A stretch of 52,221 nucleotides of DNA, filler included, from Sphacelaria rigidula (GCA_964200075.2; 2 parts of 2 records of this genome joined end to end with filler, not necessarily neighbours in it), one strand, 5' to 3'. Positions 39,266 through 52,221 are shown, counted from the whole stretch's first letter. The notes: a model not told the origin generated them from the letters alone. A program made the numbers and translations.

Positions 39266-42079
39266 TGATTGCTTGGTTGAAGTCATTGACGAACTTGAAC
39301 TGACCCCTCAGGGATTCGGCGGTGGTCGCATGATGGACGCGCTCCAGACACAACAAAAGTCAACACCGACCCTGAAAACCGTTAGAAACAGTAATAGAGT
39401 AAAACATCACGACATAATAGGCGGAAGACGTACAAATTATAGTGACTGAAAAAAAAAAAACTGAAAGGTGGTAAATACCCGGGAAATGCCTCGGGTATGC
39501 AGAAAACTCTTCCACCACAGAGCACGACCTTTGAAAACTGGACGGCGACGAGAGGAGGCGCGCGCGCAAGTCATAGACAATCGCCACAGATGAGAGTATT
39601 TACAAACGTTCCCGACAGTAGTGAACATGGCGACTGACATAGAGCAACTTCATGCTGAAATATCACCGGAATTGAAGATGATACACCACTGTCGTGCGCT
39701 CTTGTTACTGGGACTGGCGCAGGTATTCACGTCGGGCAGGTCTAACGTATTACTGGCTGTCCATGGGACGAAGGGCGCCGCAGGGTTGCAGGACGTGACA
39801 GTTGACGGCGCGAAGTGCGGCCGTAGGGACGGGGCCGATGAAGTTATGCTGTAGTAACGCCGGTCACCCAGTGGTTGTGCCGCGCAGATCCCCACGTCGG
39901 GACTCGGCCGCGAGTCTACTTGACGGCCGTGCTGAATGTGTTACGGTCCGCCCGTCAGGTGTGACACTCAGCTAATTGTTGGGTGGTATGGTGGTGGCAC
40001 TGGCGACGACAGACAAGGACAATTTGTGTGAAATCGCCCAGAGTTGCGGGCTGTGCGGTGCGACGGCATTGGTGTGGGTGCGCGGGCGGGTAGAGGCTTG
40101 GGTTTTCATGTAGCGCAATGGCGCCGCCGTGCAGGGGCGTAGTAAGTATTGTTGGCGCGATGCTGTACGGCAACACTCATTCGAGGTTGTATCAGTCGTC
40201 GAGCGGTGCGATGCATTGAGGATTAGGGCGGAACGTTTTCACCGCACGCAGTGGTTGGGAGATGAGCGCGACGGACGGCGGGGCACGCAAAAGCTGTCAC
40301 GTTCCGCGATATGTATGGTCGTGCGGTGTGCACGGCTTGCTACCGCCAAGAGATCGCGTGCAGACCGATGATCTCTCTTTTTTTTCTTTTCTTTTTTTCG
40401 TTGTGTTGTTACTAATTTTTTTCGATTTTTTTTCTCTGTTTTGGTATCGCATCCGTGTGATTTATTTGTTGCACGAGTAGTTGTTGTAAATTATTTCGCC
40501 TCATGTTTTTTTTTGTTTTTCACCACGGGAAGCGTCCGCGTAATATGTCCGGTACAGAGCAATGTCCTGATGTCGGGACGGTTCAAACTGTGAAGAAAAC
40601 AAAAACAACAACTACAACGATAAATTGGGCACATGGACCGTGCTTCCCCAACGATCCACATCCCTGCGAGTATACAAACACCCATTGACATGCTGATCGC
40701 CACAAATATTGGGTCCCGAGCATTGGAGGGTCATGACAATGCGAGACAAAGGTTCCCCCCGGGAGCAATGTCACGGTAGGGGTGCACTTCTTACGCAAAA
40801 TCTTATCTGGTTCAGGGGCTTTTGACGACTGTAGATGCAGAAGGATATGGGTCAGGGCATCCCCGTTTGCAAATTCATGCGGGATATTAATAGTACAATT
40901 GGAAATAATCCTGGCGTACTCTCACATATTTCATAACTCGTGTTTCGGATAAGAGAAAGGGCTCCTGACAAATTTAACCTGAGAAAAAAAAATGTGAACC
41001 CCTACCGTAGTATCACTCCGGGCCTCCGCAGCCAGTGCCTCTCGTACGTGTATGTATGCTACGGTGCGAAGCGATGCCGAACTGGCCGCGAAAATGCCGC
41101 CTGTACTTTGACTGTGCTTTTCCCCAACACATAGCGCCGAGGATGTTAGTTCTCCGTATCCCAGCGCGGCCGGAATAAACGGTAAAAAGATTCGTGCGCC
41201 GTCTTTGCTTCAAATTTCCTGTAACAGTCAGTGGCACTGCACAGTACTGTCACCGCACATGATGCCGCCACGGGCTTCATTAAGTTACGCAAAGTCCAAG
41301 CGATAGATGTCGGTTACAACTACCTTCATCGCGGAAGACACGGTCCACGGTGTTGCAGGGACTGCACCAGGAGTACGGGTGGACATTACTGTCGCCAGAC
41401 ATTTTCTTACTGCCCACGCTTCCTGTTTATCCCCGCGGCATTCCGCAGTGTATCCCCCCCCTGACATTTGCTCCAAACAAGTGTACTGCATGCAGTATCG
41501 AAAATGTGGTCGCGATACAAACTACGTGCGATACTGTATGCAGTACACCTGTCGCGACAGGTTGTTGTCGACGTGGCGGAAATGGCATACTAAAAGCAAA
41601 TGAAAATGGCGTGAAGTCCGCAAAACGCTGATGACGTGCCTGTCAGGGAAAGGTCGATTTCTTGACGTGGGACGATGACGTCGCAGAATATTCGGTTGAT
41701 TGTGATAAAAGAAAACTACAACTACCTCCCCTATCATTTTCACGCCGCCGTGATAAGGAGAACGGTAAGTCTGACACTGTAGGATAAGAGACGTTGCCCG
41801 CTGCCGGTGCAGGTTCGCAGTACTCCTCAGCTGAACACACTCTCCTCTTTGACTACTCTGCGCGGCCCCGTCTTGCTCGACACGGCGCCTAAACCCCAAC
41901 GGCATCAACCTCTAACATGTAGAGAACCTTTACTGATGAGCATTTCTCGTCTTGGTGAGTACCGTAACCGAAGGGCTCGAACATACTACGGTACGAGTAC
42001 CGTAACCGACTCGTGTGTGCATGTTATTTTTGCTGGGCTTTTTTTTTTCGGCTGAAGCGGCTGCCGTTGTGTACCTCGT

Positions 42080-42795
42080 GTGAGTGTGTTGTCATCCCGT
42101 TTATTCTGGACGCCGGTCTTTACCTTTCGGTATATGTGGGCGCACCAGCCGTGGTAACACAGGAGGAAGGCCAACACATGATTTTTTTCTATTTTATTTG
42201 TTTTACTTCTCAGCATTCCTTTTGCGGTGCTTGCCTTTTTTTTTTATCGCGAGAGGGGATCAGCAGTCCTTTTCCCTCGTCGACCGTCAAGTCGAATTTT
42301 GTGTACCCACGACATAGTCGCTCTCCACTGTTGGGCATTGGGTGAGAAAAATCCCATTATCGCTGCGAGATTCGAACCCACGACCGAACCGTCAGAGGGT
42401 TTGAGTATAAGACAAACACATTATAATACATCAACTGGGTGTGTTGTGTGTTGTCATCCCATCTGTTCTGGACACCGGTCTGCACCTTTCGGTATATGTG
42501 GGCACACCAGCCGGGGTCACACAGGAAGAAGGTCAACACAGGAGTTTTTCCCTCCTTTTTTTTTCTAATACCCCACCTTCCTTCTGCGGTGCCTACCTTG
42601 TCTTTTATCGCGAGAGGGGTTCTGCGGATCTCTTTCCGTTGTCGACCGTGAAGTCGAATGTTGTGTACCCACGACATAGTCGCTCTCCACTGTTGGGCAT
42701 GGTGTGAGAAAAAAATCCCAGATCGCTCCGAGAATTGAACCCACGACCCAACCGTCATAAGGTTTCGAGGTCACCAATCGAGCCACCGGGGCAAA
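42080..42795 (-). mobile_element. Two tandem copies of tRNA-derived SINE family B
   Basis: ~42080-42405 and ~42440-42795 are direct repeats. The minus-strand head GCCCCGGTGGCTCGATTGG...GGGTTCAATTCTC has A- and B-boxes. Confidence 0.7.
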
Positions 42796-43423
42796 CGGCT
42801 CAAAGACTGCAAAATGTATACTGTGTACTGCAGTACATATATAGTGCCCTGGAGAGGGACGATGAACAGAAAGGGACGATGAACGAAAAGGGACCATGAA
42901 CAAAAACGGGCCACAAACCACGTGCTGCAGGTGAACCAAATTCTATATAATTAGCCAACAGATTACCGTCGTACGTTGTCAAGCCCAAGCGGTCTGCGAC
43001 TAAAACGGGTTCAGATTGAAGCGAGTTACTTCAGGTTTAGGGCGGAAGAAAAAGTGTTTGATTCCCAGCGGTCGCGTTTTTTTCCTTTTGTGTAGCAAGT
43101 ATTTCATTTTCGTCGTTGACAAGCGTGAGAATGTGTTCAGCAAAACCTACTTTTTTTGTTTGGTCGTCACGAAAGTTCACGCAGTGTGGGGTGCTCATCC
43201 GACCCGCGATACCAAAAATAAAGTGGGTGTAACCCGCCCCGGGGGAGACACGAATTGATGATCCCTTGGGGCATCATCTCGCGGAAAGGGAGGTGTCTAA
43301 AGGTGACCCCCAAAGAACGACACAACCGTGGCCGTATCGATCAAGAATTTCAGGTGATACCTGACTGGTGTTCACTTTTATGTCTGAACGAAAGCGCGTA
43401 CACCCATTGTGCATTCTACTCAC

Positions 43424-46400
43424 AGCTCAGAAGGCGCCTGAAGCCCCACTTGATATTCATCGCTCCTGAGTACTGGGCCCAGGGGGCGTCGCCTTCCTGT
43501 CCTCGCCGACCACAAAAAAGCCTCTTCCTCTTCTGCCTGCTTGGCCTCCGCGTCGTACAAAACCGCATCTTTCGATAGGTCTACGGAATAATGAGCCCCC
43601 TAGACACGGTCGGGATTAACATGAGCATGAAAAGTGAAGTCCGGCTTTCAAGACGCCACATGCGGAGCAGGCAGCGGGTGACGTCGAGGCATAGGCGTCT
43701 AAATGACGGTGAGGTCAACTTAACCCTCTTGGAACCCGTCGACGATTTTTGGTGCTGTGAATCGGCATCATTTTCAGTCATTATTCAAGTCAAAATGATG
43801 CCGATTCACAAAAAACAAAAAATCGTCAATGGGTTCCCAAAGGGTCAACAGTCAATACCCGAAGAATGGCAGGAGCAAATGCAACCGACGAGGACATCGT
43901 ACGGCAAAGAGAGGGAGTGAATGTATAAGCAGTACTCGTATCAACAACAACAATGTGTGGGAAAAGGAAAGCTGGTCGGATCGATAGACCATCTTCCAGC
44001 GAAGCTCACCTGCAAAAGACGGTATCAGAAACATCATACTTTTCCACCGTACTGCAGCACAGTGCAACAGCATGACTGGGGCATCAAAAGATTTACATAC
44101 CCTCTCGCAAAGCACGGTACAGGTACGGTACACCCCCCTCACCGCCCCCGCGCCCGTCGTCTGCAGCAGCCTCCTACTGGTCAACAAGCACGCTTAAGCT
44201 CAAGGAACCCCACAATGTACTCACCACTGTTCGCGTCTTCGCTGCTGTTGGAGGTGCGCTAGTCGTCACCATTGGAGCAGCAGCAGCAACAGTCGGCAGC
44301 GGCGACGTTTCTGCCGCTAGTCTCAGATTGGCGGACGTATTTCCAGACGAATTGGCCGGCGGAGTGATGGCTTGACTCGTTTTCCCCATCCTCGGGGTAA
44401 CCTTAATCCTTGCCCGCGCGACTTTGCTCGGTGTTGTCAGCGGATTCGTCCCACCGCCGTCGCCCCTGGCGGTGTTACTGCCTTTCAACGACGGAGGAGC
44501 TCCTTTGGCCGTTGATGACGGTGGGGTCACGAGCGCCACCGACCCACCTGACTCCCGTAGCCCCGATTTTCGTGCGGCAGACTGGCGTGGATGAGATTCG
44601 ACCTGCGGCGCGTCACACGTATCGAGTACGCCACAGTTGCGTGTTGGAATCGCCGCGACGGCAGCCATAGCGCCTCCACCTGCACCGCGATCCTCGACAT
44701 CTTCGGTCGGCATGGCGGGCATTAGATGACCGGGTCCTCCCCTATCGACGGTCGACGACGTGGTACAAGACGACGACCCAACATCATCCGACGGGTACGT
44801 GTCAGACGGAACAGAAGGCAACGGACTTTCATCCCATTCCCGGGCACCGACTGCACCGCCCCCACCACGACAACTCGAGGTGCGTTCGGCCGTTGCGGCG
44901 GCAGACACTCGTAGGCTGACATCGACGTTCGTACCTCCTGTAGGGCGCGGAGACAAATCGAGGGAAGGAGAAGTGGACGACCACGACGGAGACAACCACG
45001 ACGATGTTTGATACCCCTTCCTTCGCTGAGGAGGAGGCGTGTGAGACTGCTCGGCGGCGGGGGCCTCATCGCCTCCGGAGCAACTACTACCGGTCTGTGC
45101 CGGCTCATCTGCGACCAGGGGAGTGTCCTCATTGCTGTTGGATCGACCATGGATACTCTCGCCAATCGAGAGCCGCGAAACTGTCACCGGTGGGTCCTCG
45201 TGTAGCACCGGCGTATTCCTTGCCGATGCGGCAACGGCTTTGTCGTTGGTAACGAGTAATCTTTCTTCTCCGCCGTCATCCGATGAAGCGGGGGCTGTAT
45301 CTTTTCCGCGACCGTCGGGGCTACTCTCTCGGCGTGAGGTCATCTCCGCAGTCTTGTTGAACAAAGTCGCGTCCTTCTGTGCCGAGGCCATCTGTGAACC
45401 GCTCCCGCCGAAAGCAACCTCGACCAACGGAGGACCCGCTTCAACTCCATCACCGTTCACCTCATCAGTAGCCGCAGAGACATCGACGTCAATGGTGTTC
45501 GCTGTCCCGGTAACGGAGGCCGCATTCTCATCCGACACAACCGTGTCTTCCTGTACCGGAGCGGCGAGTGAAGCGCTCCCAACGAAATTAGTCCCGGCTA
45601 CCGTACGAGTAGTGTCCGACTCGGCGTGATGATCGGCCACCTTAGCACCGCAAGTATCAACGCGTGTCCCGGTGCCAACGTCAACCGTCATCATCGACGC
45701 AGCAGCAGACTCATGGACTCCGCTATTGCGGTTGCCGTCGCTACTGTTATCGCTGCCGGCGCTAAGTGAAGCGGAAAAAACGACCTTGTCGCTGCTGTTG
45801 CCTCTGTCGTTCTTAGCGAAAATGGCGTTCTTATCATCACCGCCCTCGTTGAAGCTTTTCGGAACAGCTTTTCGAACGAAAAAAGACGACGCCTCCTCGG
45901 TGGTTTGTGGGTAAACAGGCTCGCTCTCGTCATCGGAATCGTCATCAACATTATCGTCGTCGTCGTCATCGACCTCAATTCGATCCGCTAGCTCCTCGCG
46001 GCGGAGGCTGGACGAAGACCACGACGCATCAAGGGCAGACGTCATTCTCGAGACCCGCGATAACCACATCGACGATGCTTCCGATGACGCCGGTGGCGGT
46101 GGCTGTCCGCTTTGTCTTTGACCTCCTTCCCGCCCAGGCTCGACCATGTGTTCCTCCTTCAGCAGTACGCCCCCTTCGATTGTGCACTCTTGGGGCACTC
46201 TATCGTGATCCACACCATCCTGCGCCACAGCCCGACAACTATCCCGCTCAGGTGGTATGCGTTCTTGTCGTGTCTTGTCGACTTCGACCGTGTGCTTCTC
46301 TGGCACCATCGCCTCCTGCTTCCCTTCGTCTTCCTTCGGTGCCCTACAACGTTGGACCGCGCGCTCCTTCTGTACCCTCTGGTCTTCATCCGCTACGTTC

Positions 46401-48201
46401 CCCGTTACCATCTTGTCATGTCCCACTATATCACGGTCATCTCCTGATTGCGCCTTCGATACGTCCCCCCTTGCTCGCACTCCTTCTCCACGCCTAGCAA
46501 AATATCGGTCACCATCCACGAGCCACCCATCCCCACCACAGCCGAAAGACTTTCCGCCATTCCTTCCAGTTTGGCTGTGTCCACTTGTGTCATTGGGACG
46601 AGGAGAGGCATCGGTCATGAGAGTGAAGATCCGGTAGCCCGAAGGCCGAGATTCATCGGGCAGGTACAAGGCGGAGGGGGGCAGGGACCATCTCGAAACT
46701 CTCGTGCGACGATTGTAGTAGTAGCTGTTATCGGCGCCCATGTTTTGTTTTTGGAAGCAGAAGGGCAGAGCGGCAAGGACATGTGGGGGAGGAAGGAGTG
46801 GGTTACAAGCTCATCCCAGGACATGAGACTGCGATGAGTTTCCGGGGATGTTTCCACTCGAGGTTCGCCAGAAATGACCTGCGGTTCTCTGGCAAAGAGC
46901 AAATAAATCATTCGAAGTTCGCTATTACAAGGTATCCTATTTTTCTTGTGCTTTTCTGGATTTTGAGAAAGAACTTTCGAAGTTTACATATCCACCGTTA
47001 TTTCCGGAGAAACACAAAAAAAAAATGTTTGATGACCACTGAACGATCGATTCGCTCTTTCCCTTAAAACTGCAGGCTAAAATTTTCATCGTAAATCTCG
47101 AGGGGGAAAAATAACTCCAGCGCGTGTAAAGTTGTGTGACGGGCTTGAACCCCCCCCACCCCACCCCCCCTCCCAGAGTGCAAAATTCAACGAATATTTT
47201 CTCCATGCTTCGGACGTGCGTGACTTGTGCGCGGCGACAATGTAGGCATTGAATGTCTGAACAAGTTCAGCACTGCTCACGCCTGAGCGTTGGGAACACG
47301 CTCACGATATTTCAGGACACTCGAGCAAGAACTCAGTTGTATGTATTTCCGCGTCAATCCATCTTCCGACTACCGCCAGCAAAGCAGTAATGAGTGTGCC
47401 AGCACAGTGTAAAATGATGAAAGTGCACGAATATACAAGCAGGAAAGTACACTCCGGGGGCTTGTTGTACAGTTGCAGTACTGTAAGGAAACATGCTATT
47501 TTCCGGTTTCACGTTCTGCCGCTGCTCGCTATGCTTGCCCGTGGCGGTACAGTGTGTCCCAAATCACAGGCATTCTATCCATGGTTGATAGTTTCTTGAC
47601 CTTGAACGGGAACACCGAAATCCGGATCTTTGGTGGGGCTGACAGTCCCAAGTGCTTTTTAGCGTGCGCAGAGCGCGCCTTCGTCCAAACCGGCGCCACA
47701 GGCATCGATTTGAGGTCTGCAAACACATACATTGCCTTGGGCAGGCACACTTTGCGCTTTCCTTTGCCCGAGGGGTCTAGTTATGTCTTTGGGTTAGGGT
47801 AAGGATAAGCGTTAGGGGTAGCGTTATCTAAAGAGTGCATCAACCACGGACATGATGACGCCGAGTGGGACCAAAACCCACCTCGCCCGCGGAGGTGAGA
47901 TTAGGTCTAATCCGCTTGGACGAATTTCCCTCTTTGGCGTGCTTGGATTGCACGGTTCAACTGGCTAACTGGCTGAAAGCAGTAAGTTGTAACGCCACCT
48001 ACATTTGACCATACAACGGGTCAGACAAGGCCAATGCCTTACCCGAAAATATCACAGTGTTGGAGGATGGGGGAGGGGGGGACGGAATACGGAATCAATG
48101 CTACGCTCAGGACAATCACCATCTCCAAGAACTAGTTCGAGACTATCAAGATTGGGATCGCGCAACCTTGGCGAGCGTAGTCGAAAGTAACACTACTACT
48201 G

Positions 48202-48244
<43 letters not shown>

Positions 48245-51200
48245 ACGTTTCGCCGCTCTGAAGCAAATTTATTAGTTGGAGCGAATGGACCATGTGGTTG
48301 GTGGCCCTTGGGTCGAAAAGACTAGATCTGTTGCGGATCTGCAACCTCGTTACCCCCCTGAATGAAAGACTGCGGAATCGTTGCAAAGTTGCGATCGCTG
48401 CGAGGTTGCAACGACAACAACAACAACAGTAGCAGCAGCATAGACGGCAATGGCAGTAACGACACATGACCGAGTCTACCGCCACATGAGACAGCAAAAA
48501 ATGCTGAAGCAAGATACCATATCCACTCAGGCCGCTCCTTTCAACAGGCAAAAATGAAAATGTTGAAAAGTGCCTTTTTTGGAGCTTTTACGTCGATTCA
48601 CGTCCCAAACGAAAGCTAGGCGGAGTTTGACACGTTGGAACTTGCTCTACTAGTTGAGGCGGTTCCAGGACATCTTCTGGTTTCCCGGTGGCCGCAGTTT
48701 TTATTTTGGCCAAACAAGAATTTTTGTCGAACAGTAAAATACAGTCAAGTCTAGAAAAAACGCCACTTTTCTGTGGACCTGACTGTTTTAACCGTCCTTG
48801 GACAAAAATTCTTGTTTGGCCAAAACGAAAACTGCGGCCACCGGAAAACGGGAAGATATCCTGGAACCGCCTCAACTAGTAGAGCGAGTCATTCCAACGT
48901 GTCAAACTCAGCCTAGCTCTCTTTTGGAGCGTAGAACGACGTAAAAGCTCCAAAAAGACACTTTTCCAGATTTTTTTTATCTTTGTCTGTTATCAGGAGC
49001 GGCCTCAGAAACCAAAAATGATAAACACACGGAATAGCAACAGACCACAACCACCTCACATTTTCGCGAATCTGCAACCTCGTTATACCCCCCTAAATGG
49101 AGGACTACGGATTTGTTGAAACATTGCGATCGCTGCGAGGTTGCAACGACGACATCAACACCAACAGTAGCAGCAGCAGCAGCAGCATAAACGGCAATGA
49201 CAGTAACGATACACGACACATGACCAAGCCTACCGCTACATGAGACAGCAAAAAATGCTGAACCAAGAGACAATATCCCCTCAGATACCAAAAATATCAG
49301 AACACGCGGAATAAATAAATAGCAACAGACCAACGACCACCTCACATTTGACCGTTGCTTGTCCGTGCTTCCTTCCACTCATCACCAAGCTCAACTCCTG
49401 CCTCCTTGCCGACATCCTGAAGCGTTGCTAACTGCGCCGCAACTTGCTTCACCATGTCCTGCCGCCACTGTAGATGCTCGTCACCACGCGAAGCGACCAC
49501 ACCCCCATCATCTCTACAGCCTTGCTCGGCACCATGATCCTGCTGGGCATCATGACAACTGTGCAAGTTCCCAACCGGCACTGGATGCACCGCCGTTGAA
49601 TTCTCGCTCTCCGCGCTACATTTATCCTTCCCTCTGTTACTCATGTCCTGGTTTCTACGAACCGGTACATCTGGGCGGGCCAGCACATATTCCGTCGTCT
49701 TATCACCCCGACCACCGCCACGCGACGTCTCGGAAACGCAAGAAACCCGAGAATGTTCTTCACCTTCGGGGTCACCTCTACGACGAGAGTGTTGTCCCAG
49801 ATGCGCAGTCTCGTTATTCCCTCGGCCATTAACAGGTGGAGAAATACCGGATGTCGAAGACTGCCCCAGCTTACATGTACCGTTATTGTTGTGCGGGCCC
49901 TCTTTCACCTGAGGACGGCCAAGAAAATGGGACTTTCCCGGAGTAAGACTGTTGATGCTTTCATTATGGTCATGTCTCATCATTGCTTGCTGTTGCTCAT
50001 GGTGGTGGTGAAACTTTCGACTAGATATCCTTCCAAAGTCCATGGAAAATGACGTCATGCTGCTGCCAAGGGCAGTGGTGGTCCGTGTAGTGTCCATGCC
50101 GCAGCCCAGCGGTCCTGTCCCGTCGCGGTCACCGGGAGGAACAGCCATCGGCGCAATCCGTACCGGTTCATGGGCAGACGGCGAGATTCCCGTGGAGAGA
50201 TGAGCTCCGCCGCGGTCCAGGAACTGTTTCGAATGAATAGCGTGCGTTGATGTAGGAAGAAAGATGAGGAAAATACATGAAATTCAAATTCAAGTGTTCG
50301 GGATGTCGGTTGAACGTTCATTTTTTTACCCCCTCCCCCCCCCCCACCATTTTGCATTTTTAGGCGCGCGGGAAAGGTTTAATTTTTGAGAATTTTCCAC
50401 ATCCTGGATAACGACAACGACAACGACAACGACAATAAGTTACATGGTCAAAAGGTGTACTGTGTACAGTATGAAATATATTGCCTACTGCAAAAGACGC
50501 AATAGTCGAAACTGTACGGAGTACAACTTTCGACAGTGTCATATATTGTCATTGTCCAGAGTGTGCAACAGAAGGAGACATTCTCCGACAACAAGGCAGA
50601 AGCGGATCTAGCTGAGTCGATTATGGCGATTCAAGCAACTGCATTGGACAAACCAGGCCTCAGGTGCCTGGGGATATACCTTCTCCGATAACGAACAATA
50701 GCAGCGTATACCCATGCATTTTGTTTTATCTTGAGTAGGCCTATCATCTGGATATGACCACAACTGGATCATGACTCCTGGGGGGATCACTCAAAGTTCG
50801 ACAATCAACCAATCAAAACCGCACATTACAACATCGCCCGCATTCACCGAAGCTCGAGGACAAATATCTGGCGGCGCAAGACAGCAAGCATCGTGCCCGT
50901 CGACAGCACACGGCCATATCGTCATCGAACATCGTCATCGAAGGGCAACTTGAGGGAATAAGCGTTGCACCGAGTACAGTACTGGGTTGTTTTACCAGTA
51001 AGGTCATGAAACGTACTCGAACCAAAAATCCAAAAGCAGAATGAGGATCTTTATCAATCCCCGGATGTCTCATGGTTGTGGCGACCTATCGACATGACCA
51101 TGTTGCTCTTGGACGCTCGCGCCTTTTCCTGCTTTATTTGTTATTTTTGCTGTCGATAAAACACGGCCTAAACCAAACGGTCAGGCCGGCTACCTCTTCA

Positions 51201-51847
51201 TTCCCCACCCCTGCGTAGCACACGAAGCGTTGCCGCGCTTCGCCTGCACGTTGAACGCTTCGACTAGGATGAAATCAACATTGATGCGTGAAAATCTACG
51301 TTGATTGATTTTGAGTTAATTAGTTATCGCACACTACTAGTGAGCGATCGCCGAGGAAGGGATGCAGCGGTCGTCACAGCTCGAACACACAAAAGGCAAA
51401 ACAGAGCGGGAAACACTCACCATGCTGTACCATCGCGTGGCGGAAAGTGGTGCCTGTCAAGCACCTCGACCATCTCCGACGTCGAAGGTCAACAACAACA
51501 GATCGGGATGCATTCCTCTCGTGAAAAAAAAAAGGCGTTACGATTTTCCCCCCCCAACAGATGAAACAGATTGAAGGGGCGGCGCCTTTTTGCCTTAAAA
51601 ACGTTGAGAGAACCAACGCGCAGCTTACCTTCAAGGGTGTCACGCACGCTCCTCCGTCTCGAGATTCTCCCCATGCTGGCCTTGGCCATTCTCTCGCCAT
51701 AGAAACGCCTCTTCCTTTCACAGAGTCCGTACTCGTTGGTGTTGAATACCCGCAGTCGTCGGCGGCGACATCATCCCTTGCAATGGGGTCTACGCCAACC
51801 ATAGTTGCTCTAGCTGTGGCTCCCCTCTCCTTGGCTCCGCGTTCCAT
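43424..51847 (-). CDS. Large, mostly low-complexity/disordered WW-domain protein; multi-exon, ends uncertain
   Basis: Exons 51847-51629 (|gtaagc), possible mini-exon 51453-51421 (APLSATRWYSM), 50223-49346, 46724-44225 and 43599-43424. The phase-2 junction 49346/46724 rebuilds a WW domain: DEWKEARTSNGQ-I-YYYNRRTRVSRWSLPP. ORFs of 855 aa and 268 aa support coding status. The gene probably continues below 43424. Confidence 0.75.
43720..43848. mobile_element. piggyBac-like MITE, copy 2 (intronic in WW gene)
   Basis: TTAA|CCCTCTTGGAACCC...GGGTTCCCAAAGGG|TCAA gives CCC/GGG termini in a (near) TTAA target. Confidence 0.75.
48192..48244. repeat. (ACT)n microsatellite
   Basis: A run of ACT units in a WW gene intron. 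Confidence 0.95.
48530..49004. mobile_element. Long-TIR MITE, PIF/Harbinger(Tourist)-like, TCA target-site duplication
   Basis: Termini are GGCCGCTCCT...AGGAGCGGCC and the arms are inverted over ~230 bp. TCA lies at 48527-48529 and 49005-49007. The empty site is seen in a paralogous duplicate at 49281-49283. Confidence 0.85.
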
Positions 51848-52221
51848 GTTGATCCTACGGACGCCACCCCTGCTTACGGCTCTTCCCTAGCTCGCGATCC
51901 CACAATCGACGTGTTCGCCAACAGCACGATCGAAAACGCCGCGGGTGCTATAAACAGACGGCTTCGTAAGCATGCCCCTCGGAAATGAGTCCTCCACATC
52001 CACAACAAACTCGACCTCTACTCTCACGCCTTCTCTTAGCAACTAGCCAGCGCTCGTTTGGGTAAAAAATGCCTTGTTTGAGTTTGTGGGCGCAGCAGCA
52101 GCAATGGGATATTGACAGCGGGGTAGGGGAGGGGGGGGGGGGGGGGGGGTACTCTTTTTTGGCTTGCCCTAGTAGTTTGTCCTTTGACCGCGCCTCCCTT
52201 TCCGGAGGGGGGAGGGGGGGG

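Noticed and set aside
42728..42792. Possible tRNA gene (also 5050-5120, 34305-34385)
   Set aside because: A/B boxes are present but I see no convincing cloverleaf, and each is attached to a repeated body, so they are treated as SINE heads.
45123..46637. Several long plus-strand ORFs opposite the 855-aa ORF
   Set aside because: They are antisense shadows of a GC-rich coding exon.
47791..47826. Telomere-like GGGTTAGGG repeats (also 8024-8036)
   Set aside because: Only 2-4 degenerate units, too short to call interstitial telomeric sequence.
52121..52221. G-runs with G-quadruplex potential
   Set aside because: Homopolymer G tracts recur in this window and this one is cut by the window edge. 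There is no specific evidence of function.

Overview
Eukaryotic, intron-rich genomic DNA. Gene structure and repeat content suggest a brown alga (Phaeophyceae), which is an inference. It contains: the 3' end of a polyubiquitin gene (1-138); a minus-strand 4-exon gene (~587 aa) with two UBZ4-type zinc fingers, SIM-like motifs and a C-terminal C3HC4 RING; and, head-to-head with it, a plus-strand CFAP44/WDR52 flagellar gene (9 in-phase exons, ~949 aa), whose coiled-coil half I could not find. A large minus-strand gene (~43.4-51.8 kb) encodes a mostly disordered protein with an intron-split WW domain. Introns and intergenic DNA are dense in non-autonomous elements: tRNA-headed SINEs, MITEs of piggyBac-, Harbinger- and hAT-like type, LINE 3' tails, a LINE RT fragment and microsatellites. 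A 100-bp scaffold gap carries an artificial stop linker. No CRISPR or prokaryotic system was seen. The most novel-looking item is the SIM + 2xUBZ + C-terminal RING E3 ligase architecture.
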